A stretch of 58,681 nt of DNA, filler included, from Sphacelaria rigidula (taxonomy: Eukaryota), in assembly GCA_964200075.2 (NCBI GenBank). It is 6 parts of 6 records of this genome, joined end to end, with 100 filler letters (N's around TTAATTAATTAA, not from the genome) between each part and the next. Parts side by side here need not be neighbours in the genome. Positions count along the whole stretch, not along the records: positions 19,596 to 29,292 come from CAXNAA020007945.1; positions 29,393 to 39,089 come from CAXNAA020007946.1; 4 more parts are not named here. One strand, given 5' to 3'. The position numbers and the translations under genes are program-made. How positions within the stretch are numbered: position 1 is the first letter of the stretch; each line of letters begins with the position of its first letter. This document shows, piece by piece, positions 24,401 to 35,107 of the stretch. The notes under the pieces were generated by a model, which was not told the DNA's origin, did no database searches, and saw only the letters and a list, made by a program, of their open reading frames with translations.

Positions 24401-27400
24401 CAAAAAGCTTGCGTAGAGTCTTGAAATGAACCATTGTGATCGTATCCAACATTACCCAATATTTTTCAGGTCGGACAGGCCATGAGTTTCCCAACTATTA
24501 CTTCCTACTAGTGTACTGATCCACATCATGAGCCAGCTTACTCAGCGAATAAAACAAAAGAGACGAAAAAATAGACTGGAAGTATCTGGCAGGAATCGAA
24601 CGCCTGTTCTTCATACCCTGATGGTGTCGGTTGAACCATTTTATTGTACACGACCGGGGCACGGTGTTACTGCAAATACCTATTTTAATTATTTTATTTG
24701 TCGCACTTTGAACCCCTCCCCCTCGGAGAAGAAAGGTGATAGACCAAAAGTCAGCGTCCAGAGAATCGGAGATGGGTCTGGTTTCCGCAGAGATACTAAC
24801 AGGCGAAAAACATTGCTCGACGGACTGGGGTCCGAACACGGGAGGAGATCGGCTGAAGACGGGCTGAAATCCTCAAATTTGTACAAATACGGATTGGTTG
24901 CCATACAAGACGGTCTCACTACCCCGATATATCCAGGATATATCGTATCCATATCCATGTCATATATCATATCCCGATGTCACTACCCCCCCACACACCC
25001 GAGATATACTGTATCGATATCGATTGAAATTGCGCGATATCTCGGTACCATACCGTTTATCGTATCCCGCGATATATCGCATATCGTACGATTTATCGCG
25101 GGATGAGATATACGATATGTACAGTTGGCTTCATGTGTGAAAATCAGGTAGGTTCTAGAGTTCAGACTTTGCGGGCAAGTCTGTAGGAGAGTATTCCGAT
25201 ATCGTGCGATATCTCCCGATACGACGTTTTGAATAGCGTATTGATATTGCGTTTTCTTTACAGCAGATATCGTATCACGTCGACTTTTCATCGCGACATT
25301 CATCACCACTTTCAGGTAACCCGGCAACCAACTCCGCGACGGCATTTTTTCCAGGTCGGTATCACGGAATGGTGCTTTTGTCTTATCTCACCCAGGTCAT
25401 GGATGTGCGTGTGTATGGCCCCATTCAGTGTAAGGGAACGGAGCGTGTAGGTACGCGACGTGGACTTCGACTTGACGAGCTTTGTAAGAAAAGGCCTGGG
25501 GTTGGGAACAGACTGGCCGATGGAGGGTGCCGAGACGGGGCACCCCAAGTGAGGAGCACGACTAGCCCGTAGTGGGGATTGGAGAATGACAGTCCCACGG
25601 TTGACATGCTCGGGAGTACGGTCCGGATTGATACGTCCGGGGTTTTTAGTAAGCGGGTGGCGTCACGGAGAGGTCATAATCACACTATAATGACTCACTT
25701 CGTATACATTCAGAATATTTTGAACACACGAGCGTGAAGCATACTTTGTAACGAGGAGTCTACGAGAATCAATGCTGATTTAAGTGCGCCAGTTCCTCCG
25801 CACCCGCCCCAGGAGATGTCTCTTCGGGCCAATGCCAATGCAAGGGATCCGGTTGGCGGATTCGTACTTTACTTTGTGCGGGTGTACACATGCGTTCACG
25901 ACCGTTCGAACGGACGCGCGATCGCGGTGGTGCTGCAATGTTTCCGGCGGGCATGAGAGAGAATTTATTCTCATGAGGGCTTTCACGAGGGCTTGGCAAG
26001 GCAAGAATACCGAGACCCTCGGAAAAGACGGACGGGACCGGGGCGCAGCTCCGGGTCGCGTGCGGCTTGTATATATACATATATATATAAATGAGTTCGA
26101 GCATCTCTTCCTTTTTTTTTCCCTTCAAGGACGGAGGGAACCTCACCAAACACTTACCCAGCAAACGGGTTCGTGTGCCGATTACCACGAGGCTCGGCTT
26201 GACCACCTCGCAGCAGTCCTGTGGGGGAGGCACCTCGAGCGTTCGGCCAGGCTTGCTCAAGGCCGTGTGGGAGTCGAACCCACTAAAACTCTTCGTCAAC
26301 TTGGCACAGTACACACACCCGCCCTGCGTTCATGAGCTTCGGCCCCGGAGCAACGGCAACAGATCAGAACTTCCGCGCTACTGAATTAACGGCTGCCCAA
26401 TCCCGTGCGTTACCTGATATATCGGCATGCTGCTAGCTCCATAAGGATCGTTTTTGCATGGATTGTACGACGTAATTTTCGTGGCCATGTCCATCTCCTT
26501 GGCGGGACTGCGTTTCATCAGTAAGGAACACACGCGCCAACAGACAAAGGGAAAAAGGGTAACAGAAATTATCACCATGATCGGTTGCCTATCATATTTC
26601 GAACAATCGAATATGTATGTATATGCATATATATATATATACAGTAATGGGCGGTCTAACTATTCAGGGGTGTTTGGGGGTTTTCCTCGCGCATTACGAT
26701 ACTCTTCGATATAACTCGCAGTCACTAGCGTCGGTAGGTTTTGGTACAACAAATCATCTTCGAAACACAGTGCCCGGGTCAGTGTCAGTTGGTGTTATCT
26801 GACGGTACGAGTAAATGCTCCGTTTATCAGGAGGGTGTTATTGAACGTGAAACGCAGTTTTCCGGCTCGGGTGCCATGAGTAGGTGGAATTAAAAAAAAC
26901 TAGCATTTTTCCACAAATAAGATCGGAACAGGCTCGATCGACCGAGAATAAGAATCTGGGCTAAACCGTGGCAGGACCCCACATGACCGGTCAGCCCGTA
27001 AGTCACTCAATATTGAGTATGTACGATTTTTTTCCTTGGAATGTGGAGCGGATACAAATATCTTCAGATCCTCAATGTGATGAGCGGTGACAAGCGAAAA
27101 GAGCCCAATAAAATCGTCAATGACCAAAAAGTCACAAAATGCCACAAAATAAATAGTTAGACCGCACACTGCTGTACATCTTTAATAAAAATATCCTCTT
27201 GATCGACTTCTCCGTCCCGTTCTCCGCCGGGATAAACTCAACTAGGCTCAGTAACCACTTAGGAACACGGGGTATAGCGTTTCCTAGTCATTACCCACAC
27301 GACCGGCAGGCTCATCATGCACTCCACGTGTACCGGACAGTGGATTGGTTTCGTAGGCTCAACATCAACATTGAAGGGATCCCCCCCCTGCCCCTTCGCG

Positions 27401-27763
27401 GGGCACCACGCTCCACCTACAATCTGCGTACAACGAGGGTTTCACTATAGTGCAGCTAAAGCCACTCATCACAAGTCCTGCTCATGATGAGAATATCAAG
27501 TAATTCCAACAAATCAGTATAGTGCGAGGTCCCGGCATAGCGCGATTTTGGGACCCCGACAATTCTGTATAACATCTAGAGCAAATGAGAGCTCACGCAC
27601 GTGGTGGGCTCCGCTGCTGCTTGAGCAACCTTCTCGGCCTCCTCTTCCTCCTCAGGCGAAGGTCCGGCGAGCACGGCGTCCAAGTGCGTGCGGCGACGCT
27701 TTGAGCTCGCGCCGAACGAATGGGCAACGTGGGACTTTTCGAGCAAGTCCTCCAATCGCGATC
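19830..27763 (-). CDS. CBL: Cystathionine beta-lyase (Cys/Met metabolism PLP-dependent enzyme), partial gene
   Basis: Exons (minus): probable 27763-27601, then 26507-26414, 24301-24209, 23311-23165, 21304-21113, 20449-20300, 19988-19830. All have AG/GT boundaries and are phase-compatible. Motifs include DPYGASSMPIYQ, YDYTRSGNPTR, FSTGMAAL, YGGT, ESPTNP, the PLP-lysine motif HSATKFISGHADV, and YFFQNAEGTGLSPFDSWLLLRGVKT, typical of plant/fungal CBL. The C-terminal exons lie beyond the contig end. Confidence 0.93.
20913..21019 (+). mobile_element. ~100-bp piggyBac-type MITE, copy 1
   Basis: TCAA|CCCTTAAACG...CCAAGGG|TTGA. The internal CATCTGTTGA(A/C)TCGGCATCAA(T/G)TTCAC is shared with 28795-28892. 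Confidence 0.55.
21378..21418. repeat. (TAAA)n microsatellite
   Basis: Directly visible, about ten units. Confidence 0.9.
23065..23145 (+). mobile_element. ATGAGTAC/C-tract retroposon 3' fragment (variant B)
   Basis: CTCGAAAGAGATGCGTGGTCAGTGGTCAAACGACCAAGGCGAGCAAC...GAGTACC followed by a C-rich tract. Confidence 0.6.
23341..23575 (-). mobile_element. ATGAGTAC/C-tract retroposon, 5'-truncated variant A plus adjacent variant B end
   Basis: Colinear with 46265-46490 (GGAGCACGCCGGGTTTTCGCC...GATCACCAAG...GGCGAGTCG...GATGACAGCCT) and flanked by G-rich tracts. Confidence 0.65.
24915..25250. repeat. GATAT/ATATC-rich palindromic MITE-like repeat
   Basis: Dense CGATATATCG/GATATC motifs in both orientations. 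Confidence 0.45.
26110..26345 (+). repeat. Dispersed repeat, homologous to 41760-42020 (opposite strand)
   Basis: Translations KDGGNLTKHLPSKRVRVPITTRLG..LLKAVWESNPLKLFVNL and KEEGNPNQRLSRKRVRVSITWRLG..LLKAMWGSSPTKPPVNL align. The element class was not recognised. Confidence 0.65.
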
Positions 27764-28019
27764 CTGGTGTATGGATATGGATATGGACATGGAATATGAT
27801 AATATTTCGGTGTGAAAAAGCGATAGCGTGTGATCGTGCACGTGTACGGATCACGATCCTGGTACTTTGAATGGATATGGAGCTGGAAAATGACAGTGTG
27901 TAAGTGACAACAAGCAGCAGTGTGTGCCTTCGCGATTACCCAAACTGTCGCCCTGGAATACGACAGTGTGACAAGCTGTAGGGCTATAATGGTCACGCGG
28001 GTACAGTTGCACCGCTCCT

Positions 28020-28152
28020 TCGCGCTTGGTGATTTGACTGCGAGCCTGGTCTGGCGAAAACCCGACGTACTCCGTCCCGGCTTTGTGGGGATGCGAGGCC
28101 AATGGTCATATGACTATGGCATGCAAGGTCATAAATACCCCCCCCCCCCCCC
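28020..28152 (+). mobile_element. ATGAGTAC/C-tract retroposon 3' fragment (variant A)
   Basis: TGCGAGCCTGGTCTGGCGAAAACCCGACGTACTCCGTCCCGGCTTTGTGGGGATGCGAGG followed by a C run; matches 19597-19720. Confidence 0.7.
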
Positions 28153-28794
28153 ATACGAATTCGGAACGGACGGTGCTTCGTCTCGGAATCCTAGTCAATA
28201 ATCAAACGAGCAAGGCTGTCTCACATTCCCAGAAAAATATGGAAGCGGCGTGTAGCGACACCTTGGAACATGACGAGGGGGGGGGGCGTACCTTCTGTAT
28301 GGGGAGAGGAACGTCATTCCTGCATTCCCGGAAAAAACATGCAAGCGGCGTATCGATGAGCAACACCTTGGAACATGACGGAGGGAGCTCAATAAACCGT
28401 TTTCCAGATTTTGAAGATTCGCTCGAGATATTTCCAGCTGAAGCGGGTGGGGGCCTTCGGGTCACAGTGTACCCCACGGCGATGCCCCCACATGAAGAGG
28501 TGGGAGAACAACAGCGCCCGTCTGACACGGGGCCTGAAATGGCGAGGGAACACGAGCCACTCGTGTACATCATGAAGGAGATGGGAGGACGTGAAGAAAT
28601 CGTTCCTGCATAGCAGGCAGCCGTTGCTGAGGCGAAGACAGCCATTGCTTAGGACTGTTGGGCACAGGACAGATGCATCCTCAAAATTTCTGCGTGTACT
28701 GCACTGTGCTGTACTATTGTGTTACACGAGGTGTTTTTGCACCATTTGTCTTCATCATGCTCCCATCGGTGGTACGATTAGAGAAATCGCTTAA

Positions 28795-28892
28795 CCCTTA
28801 GACGACGAGAGTAGGCCATCTGTTGACTCGGCATCAAGTTCACTTGAAAAAGGTATTCGTGGTCCAGATGGACTACCCTTGCGGTCTAAGGG
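28795..28892 (+). mobile_element. 98-bp piggyBac-type MITE, copy 2
   Basis: TTAA|CCCTTAGAC...GTCTAAGGG|TCAA. Confidence 0.6.
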
Positions 28893-29292
28893 TCAAAACA
28901 GGGGATGGATCGTTTTCATCCCCTCTCCAGGAAAGCCGCTTTTCCGGGCGGGTTTTCCAGGATCTGACCAGTAAGGAAACTGGGGGGTCGTTTTTCTTTC
29001 GTGCGGAACGAGGAAAAGTTTTTTTCCCCCCCGTCTTTTTGGTGGGTTATTGGGTATAATACAGCATGTTGTAGGCCGATAAAATACTGTGAGAAAAAAG
29101 GCAACACCTTTCGTGATGACCGGAGGAAATAATACAGGGTGCCAAAAATGGAAACCTCAAACAGAAGCATCAGCACGAAGAAAAAAGAAATGAAAAAAAA
29201 GCGATTTTTTCGAAGAAAACGATATCATACGTCGGACGAGCACGAGTGTCACTCGTGCTCGTTGGGCTGCTCGTTGGCCGAAAAATCAATAG

Positions 29293-29392
29293 NNNNNNNN
29301 NNNNNNNNNNNNNNNNNNNNNNNNNNNNNNNNNNNNTTAATTAATTAANNNNNNNNNNNNNNNNNNNNNNNNNNNNNNNNNNNNNNNNNNNN
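29293..29392. other. Artificial contig linker
   Basis: N44-TTAATTAATTAA-N44. Confidence 0.98.
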
Positions 29393-32300
29393 ACACCCGT
29401 TCCCGCTGCCAACGACGACCTGGCGCGAAATTTCGAGCGACAAATGGCCCAAGATACCACCCCCGCTATCGTAGGATGACTCGTAAATTCAAATTTCGAT
29501 CGGCCGGGGAAGGCGCGACTCGTGAAGTCTCTATCAACTCGACCTCAGAAAACAATGTACGGGAGGTGTTACCACGGAACCCGCCGACAGTACCCCTCAA
29601 GGAAGTGGGTAACACCCCCCGTGGAATCGGGAAAGCTGCCGGTGGTAGGGCCCCGGAGGTACAAAAGTCAACTCCATCGGCCAAGGCCAAGAAAAGACGT
29701 ACACCACCCAAATCCGTCACGGGCACACCACCACAACATGCTGACGTACGTGCATCGAGGCGGAAGAGAGCCGCGGTGAACAAGCCGGAGGTTGACAGCG
29801 TATGGGGAGCGTGGCATGAACAACAGCAGGCGGCGCTGCAGCACAGAAACGGCATAAAGGAGGATCAGCTGATGGCAATACCATCTCCCGAGGAAGTGCC
29901 GATGTCCGTATCCTCATACAACTCAAGATGGGGTCCTACTCGGGGCTCACCGGGGGAGATTTCCACGCCGTCGGGACACCGTAACAAGCGACCAGGCTCA
30001 CCATACACCTCGCGACCAACTCGTGCAGGCGCGCCGGCGTCAAAATCGAAGCGGAAAACGAAGAAGGCTACATATGCTGCCGCCACTGGGGTTGACCATT
30101 GCAGAGTTGAAGGTCTCGGCAGCTCATCTTGCGCGGGTTCGGAGCAAGAGCAGGTAGCGCCGGCGCCTACGAACGGGGCTGCCCGCGAGCTAATGACGCA
30201 TCCCGACCGCGGGGCAACACCTCCCGATACTAATCGTGGTGAACATCGCGCGCGCGGTGAAAGAGAGAGATTGACGACGCGACGCAACAGTTCTCAAGGT
30301 CTCTCTGGGAATCATGGTACCTGCAGGGGGGTGCATGCTGCGCCGCCGGGCCTACCCCGGTTAGTGGAACGAGGAGGGGGAAAGGACGCAAGCGTGTTTG
30401 CAGTCGTGATGCGTATGGCATGCAGTCTCCCTTCTTCGACCACGAATGCAACACGTATTCTTCTTGCGGTCAGGTACACGACCGAGCATCGCGACTGTGC
30501 GTCGCCTGCCTTCGATCAGGGCCCGAGGAAGGCAATATCTGGCGTCATCTTGGCGCGGCGCGAATCACTGAGGCTCGGCAATTTCTGGAGTCGTGTGCGG
30601 ATGATGACGGTGTACGCCCGGTTGCGCTTGTGAAAAATATCATCCGAGTTCAGATTGCTTGTGCAGCCGGCGTGATTGTTTGTGGCGCTCCATCGATCGA
30701 CACAGGATAACGAGTACTAGACGGAAGGCAAATTCCCTTCCTCCGGTTAGCTGCACACCCGTGACTGTCGGTTTAACACCCCCCCCTTCGCCTGCCGAGC
30801 CGGTTGTTGCAGAGGTACGCCAAAACGTGATTGCGACCGTTGAGGAGGGGCGTTTAGTGGGAGTGGAGGATGTTCAATCCTGGCTGACCGAAGCCAGAAC
30901 CGCAGTGAACGCCCGGGCTGTTCTAGACAAGCGCACCAGGGAGCAAGCGCTGAGAATTGTCGATGTAGTGGCCGCGGACGGTGCAGTCGACGCCAAGCTT
31001 GAGAAGATAAGCGGGGTTGATGCGGCTGTATGCGATGGGCGACGCAAGTTTATCTATCTCGTTCCTTCGGTGGTGGCGCTCGAGGTAGCCATTGCGGCCG
31101 ACGTTCAACTTGGCAACATGCGTACGAGGGTACGAGAGTTGGAGCGCTCTGTCTCTCGCCTCACCGCCGAGATCAAGACTGGTCAGCCTATTGAACACGC
31201 ACTCCAGCGGGTGACAGCTGCCAGTTCGGAGGAGGATAAACGGGCCGTGATCATAGCGGCTGGGTCTATCGTCAGGGTGGACATTGAAAGTGCACACAAA
31301 CTGAGGAACGTATCGGGGGATAGGGACCTGAAATACGCCGCCGACATATCGAGGAAAATTAGACCCATGAACCAATTTTGTAACGGATGAAACGCCGCCG
31401 GCACTGTTGGCATTGCTGAGCAGTCTGTTCCATTTTCAAGTGTCGAGTGATGATCTGGACTTGCTTTTACCGCCAGTGGATGAAGCCAGAAGCGGTAGGC
31501 GAGGGGATTCTGTTCACGCGCCTGGCACCGCTGGGGCGGATGATGTCGACATGTCGGCGGCGCGGGATGGTGGGGCGGGTTCGATGAGCACCGCAGTCGG
31601 GTCTGGTGGTGGAACGGCGCAACACGAACACGGGGGCGCAGCTCAAGGGGGGTCGGCGATGTTCCGCGCCAGCGCAAGAACACACGGGTCGGCCGCGCGG
31701 GAAAAGGCGCTGCGCAATAAGATGAAGAAGAGGAAGAGGCGGGATGGGAGACTGTACATGCTCGTGCAAAACCTCGTCAAAACTGTTTTAGGCCGAGGTT
31801 TTCGAGCAATGCACGACTTCCATCTGGCGCAGGTGTTGATAACGCACGGCACACCCGTGGCTGTCATCGACTACGTAGCCGCCCATGGATTCTGCATGAC
31901 AGAGTCGATGCGGTAGGTACAAGCGGGAACAGTTCTACGTGAAGTGGAGGATGGACAGATATTTTATGGCCCTCGCATTACGGGTCGCTGCGATTCCTTG
32001 GGACAACTGCAATTTTCGGCCAACGACGCGTGTAACGGGGGTTGGGGCATATGTAAGTACTATAGCGGCCTCCTGCGTGGCCGTGGAGACTCTGCCTGGG
32101 CATCTATCGCTCATGCACGCGCACCGGCGGCAAGGTGATCTGGTCGCCGCGGACATCACGACGGGACCCTTCTGGCACAGGGACGGTGATCAATGGGAGC
32201 TTTTCCTCTCCGTATTCGACGATGCAGCCTTTCGTTGTGCGGTGGGGAGGATCGCAGGTGAAGGTGGCCACATCGAATTTGGGTTGGAGATCGAACTTGG

Positions 32301-32877
32301 ACAGGTGGACAGAGTCGGCAAAATTTGGGTGCTCAGTAGTTGGTCGGGATATTAGTGTCGAAAGATGGCGAGATCACGCACCTGTGCGTGGGGCGCAGTG
32401 TTGCGTCTGGCATGATAATATTTAGATCTTGGAGCTGAGCTCGCCTCAACATCAGGCTGTTTGCACTTGAGCCAGGGTTAGGGTTAGGTGATGACATAAT
32501 TTCGCTCGGACGCCGCGCACGGGTAATCCAAGTGTATTTGCTCGCACCAAGTAGGTTGGCAAGGTGCGGATTCGAAAGCCCTGGAGATGCCGTTACTGCG
32601 TTTCATAACCGGTACTGAGACTGCATCGTAAACAATTCACGAGCAAGAGACAAGGAGAAGACGAGTCTGTGGAAACATTTCAGGGAATGCACGAGTGCTT
32701 CTCCTATTTCCGATGCAAGATTAAATGTCGCGCGCAGCGGGAGGTATTCCATGGTGCGACATGCGCACCTCGCAGAGTGGCACGGATTGAAGGTGTGAGG
32801 GTGGACAAATGCCTAACGGAGTTTATACCCTACATCATCCGCGCTCGTGTGCGCTTATCCTCGACTCCCCCCACCAG

Positions 32878-35107
32878 GTGATACCGATGATGCAGAGGGA
32901 GCCGCAGGTGTTCAAGTACCTCTTCATGCAACTGGGCACCACGAAGAGTTGGTCCGACTCGAAGGCCGCGATCGACCATCTTGCCGATATACGCCGCGTG
33001 GACGAGAGGGGCGCGGCGGCGGCCTGCATGGTTGCCGGCGATGAGGAGACATTCCGCTTCATGTATCACCTGATTCGGAGTAACCCAGGCCACTATCACT
33101 AGGCCAGAATATACGTGGGTGACTGGCACCTTTTGTACCACATGGCGAAGGCCATCATGAACCGGTTTTGAGGAGCAGGGATAGAGTTCATCGCAGAGGC
33201 GCTTGGCGTGGACGGAACAAAAGCATCGGAGGCTAGCAACCATCGGATGGCACACCATACCATCAGCGTGTTCTTCGAAGCAATGTGGGGTACAATCGTG
33301 GCCATGTACTACTCCGAGCATGGCGGCGATACGGACGTGACCAACGCCGGAGCCGCGGCGAGCGATGCCTGTGAGGTGCCGGACACTGCCATAGCACCAG
33401 AATCGGATCCCGGGGAAGCATCAGCACGAGCACTTGGTGCGGCGACAACGCCACCTATGCCACCGGACGCCCCGAGAATAGTGCACCCTGCGGGACCCGT
33501 CACAGCATTACCTCTGCAGATAGACAGTATGGCAGCGCCTGCAGTCGGCGTTCATACGGAGGCACCTTCCGCGACAGTAACAACACCACGCGGTGCGGGG
33601 GTGACAGAGCATGTCGGCGCGGGTCGACAGTCGAGCGGACCGCGGGGCCTGCAGTCTCCAAGTACTGCAGTGGCTGAACTACGCAAATGTCGTGGTGAGG
33701 GTTGCACATCAGCGGCGACGCACGGAATCAGAGACATGAGAGATCCGATATTCTGCGTAATCCACGCCAGCGCAGGGCTGATAGATTTCCGCGAATATGG
33801 CACGGGGTTCCGCGAATTGTCGTCCACTACCGACAGAGGACAACCGCCCGCGCCGGACTGCGGCGGCGGCGGGGTAGGCGGCCGCGCCGACGGCAAAGCG
33901 GTGGCCGCCGATATGGGGCCATCTCCCACATTCGGCACATCACCAGTGTCGGGCGCCGGCGGCCGAATATGATCCGCCTCCAGCATGGCATCGACGGCGA
34001 CCACTACCTCAGGAGCAGCGGCGGTGGCGGCGCCCAACGTCAGCGGCGGCGAGCGCAGTGACGACCATGAACCCTTCGACAAAACCGTGGAGCAGCTGGC
34101 AGAAGAGTTTCGCGACATAGCTAACGAGGTGAAGGCGCATGAGAGGAGGGAAGACATTCCTGCCATTCGACCTTGGGTTCGGGCCCGGGCGGAAAAACAC
34201 AAGAGCTTCCGAATTTGGGAGAGCTTCGTCCTTCACTACTACCCCGCGTATATGGCATTCCGAACGGGCCTGCGCACAGGCAACTTCCTCCTTCGGCTGG
34301 CAGGGCTCCGCCGCATGGCATCCATATTCTGTATGACAGGTAAAGACCGTTACCAGTGGCTGGTCGTGCTACACCTTATGCACATGGCGCGAATGCCGGA
34401 ATCGGACCTGAAGTTCGTCGAACAGCTGATCTCGGTATCGTTACGCGACAACAGGTACTGGGCAAGGGTGGGACTTGATGTGCGGCAGGAGATGGCGAAC
34501 AGGTCCTTAAAAAGAGTCACGAACAAGAGGACGCCTACTGCACTTGAGAAACTTGCTCCAATCGCGGAATGACGGGATGTGGCGGAAGCAGCAGTGAAGG
34601 AACACTTGTTATGTGGGGAGGGTGCCGGACGGAACCGTGGAGGAGAGTCGTCTCTCAAACGTCAGCCCCCCGTAACGAAGGCGTATCAGAAGCTACACAG
34701 CACTCCTGCCTTTACGCCGGCCGGCGAAGAGGCCCTGCATGCGCTGGACGGGCGAGTGGTCAGCGGACCGTAGGCAGCGGCCAATTTGTCTTGCGCCGAG
34801 TTGTCGCAGAAGAAGCTGGAGGACAACATCGCGTGTTACGTGTTGGGCGACAAGACTAAGAAGGGGGCAACGAAGCAGAAGGTCTATACCATCCCACCAA
34901 AGAACACAACAACCACACCGACGGCGACTCAAGGCTGGAAATCGACGCTGAAGTCCAACACCAAGAACAACACCATGTACAGGCAGGAGCTGCTGACCGC
35001 TTCGAGAGGGATTGTGGGGGCGCCCGAAATTTCCCAGGAGGAGAAGGAGAGGGTACTTCTCAAGCTCGGAGGGTCTGTCCCATTCAGCATTCTCAATTCC
35101 AACGGAG
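32878..35107 (+). pseudogene. Core transposase exon of the Academ-like element (one frame, five in-frame stops)
   Basis: Acceptor CCCCCCACCAG at 32877 and donor G|GTGAG at 35108. The listed ORFs 32809, 33208, 33985, 34579 and 34786 share one frame, separated only by stops at 33100, 33169, 33970, 34570 and 34771. Confidence 0.75.
33688..33792 (+). other. EsV-1-7 cysteine-rich motif, in frame within the transposase
   Basis: CRGEGC-TSAATHGIRDMRDPIF-CVIH-ASAGLIDF = C-x4-C-x16-C-x2-H-x3-G-hydrophobic, the spacing that defines the EsV-1-7 repeat. Confidence 0.75.

Noticed and set aside
10721-27763. Clathrin and cystathionine beta-lyase as convergent neighbours or a cluster
   Set aside because: They lie on different contigs separated by a linker.
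28222-28385. ORF 28083-28613 with a repeated TLEHD peptide
   Set aside because: It reflects a local ~55-bp direct repeat. The ORF starts inside a retroposon and shows no recognisable domain or splice support.
33100-34773. Stop-codon reassignment or readthrough in the transposase
   Set aside because: Both TAG and TGA occur at positions implying different residues. Frameshifts exist elsewhere in the element (~31380, ~31930, ~37170), and host genes use the standard code. Decay is simpler.
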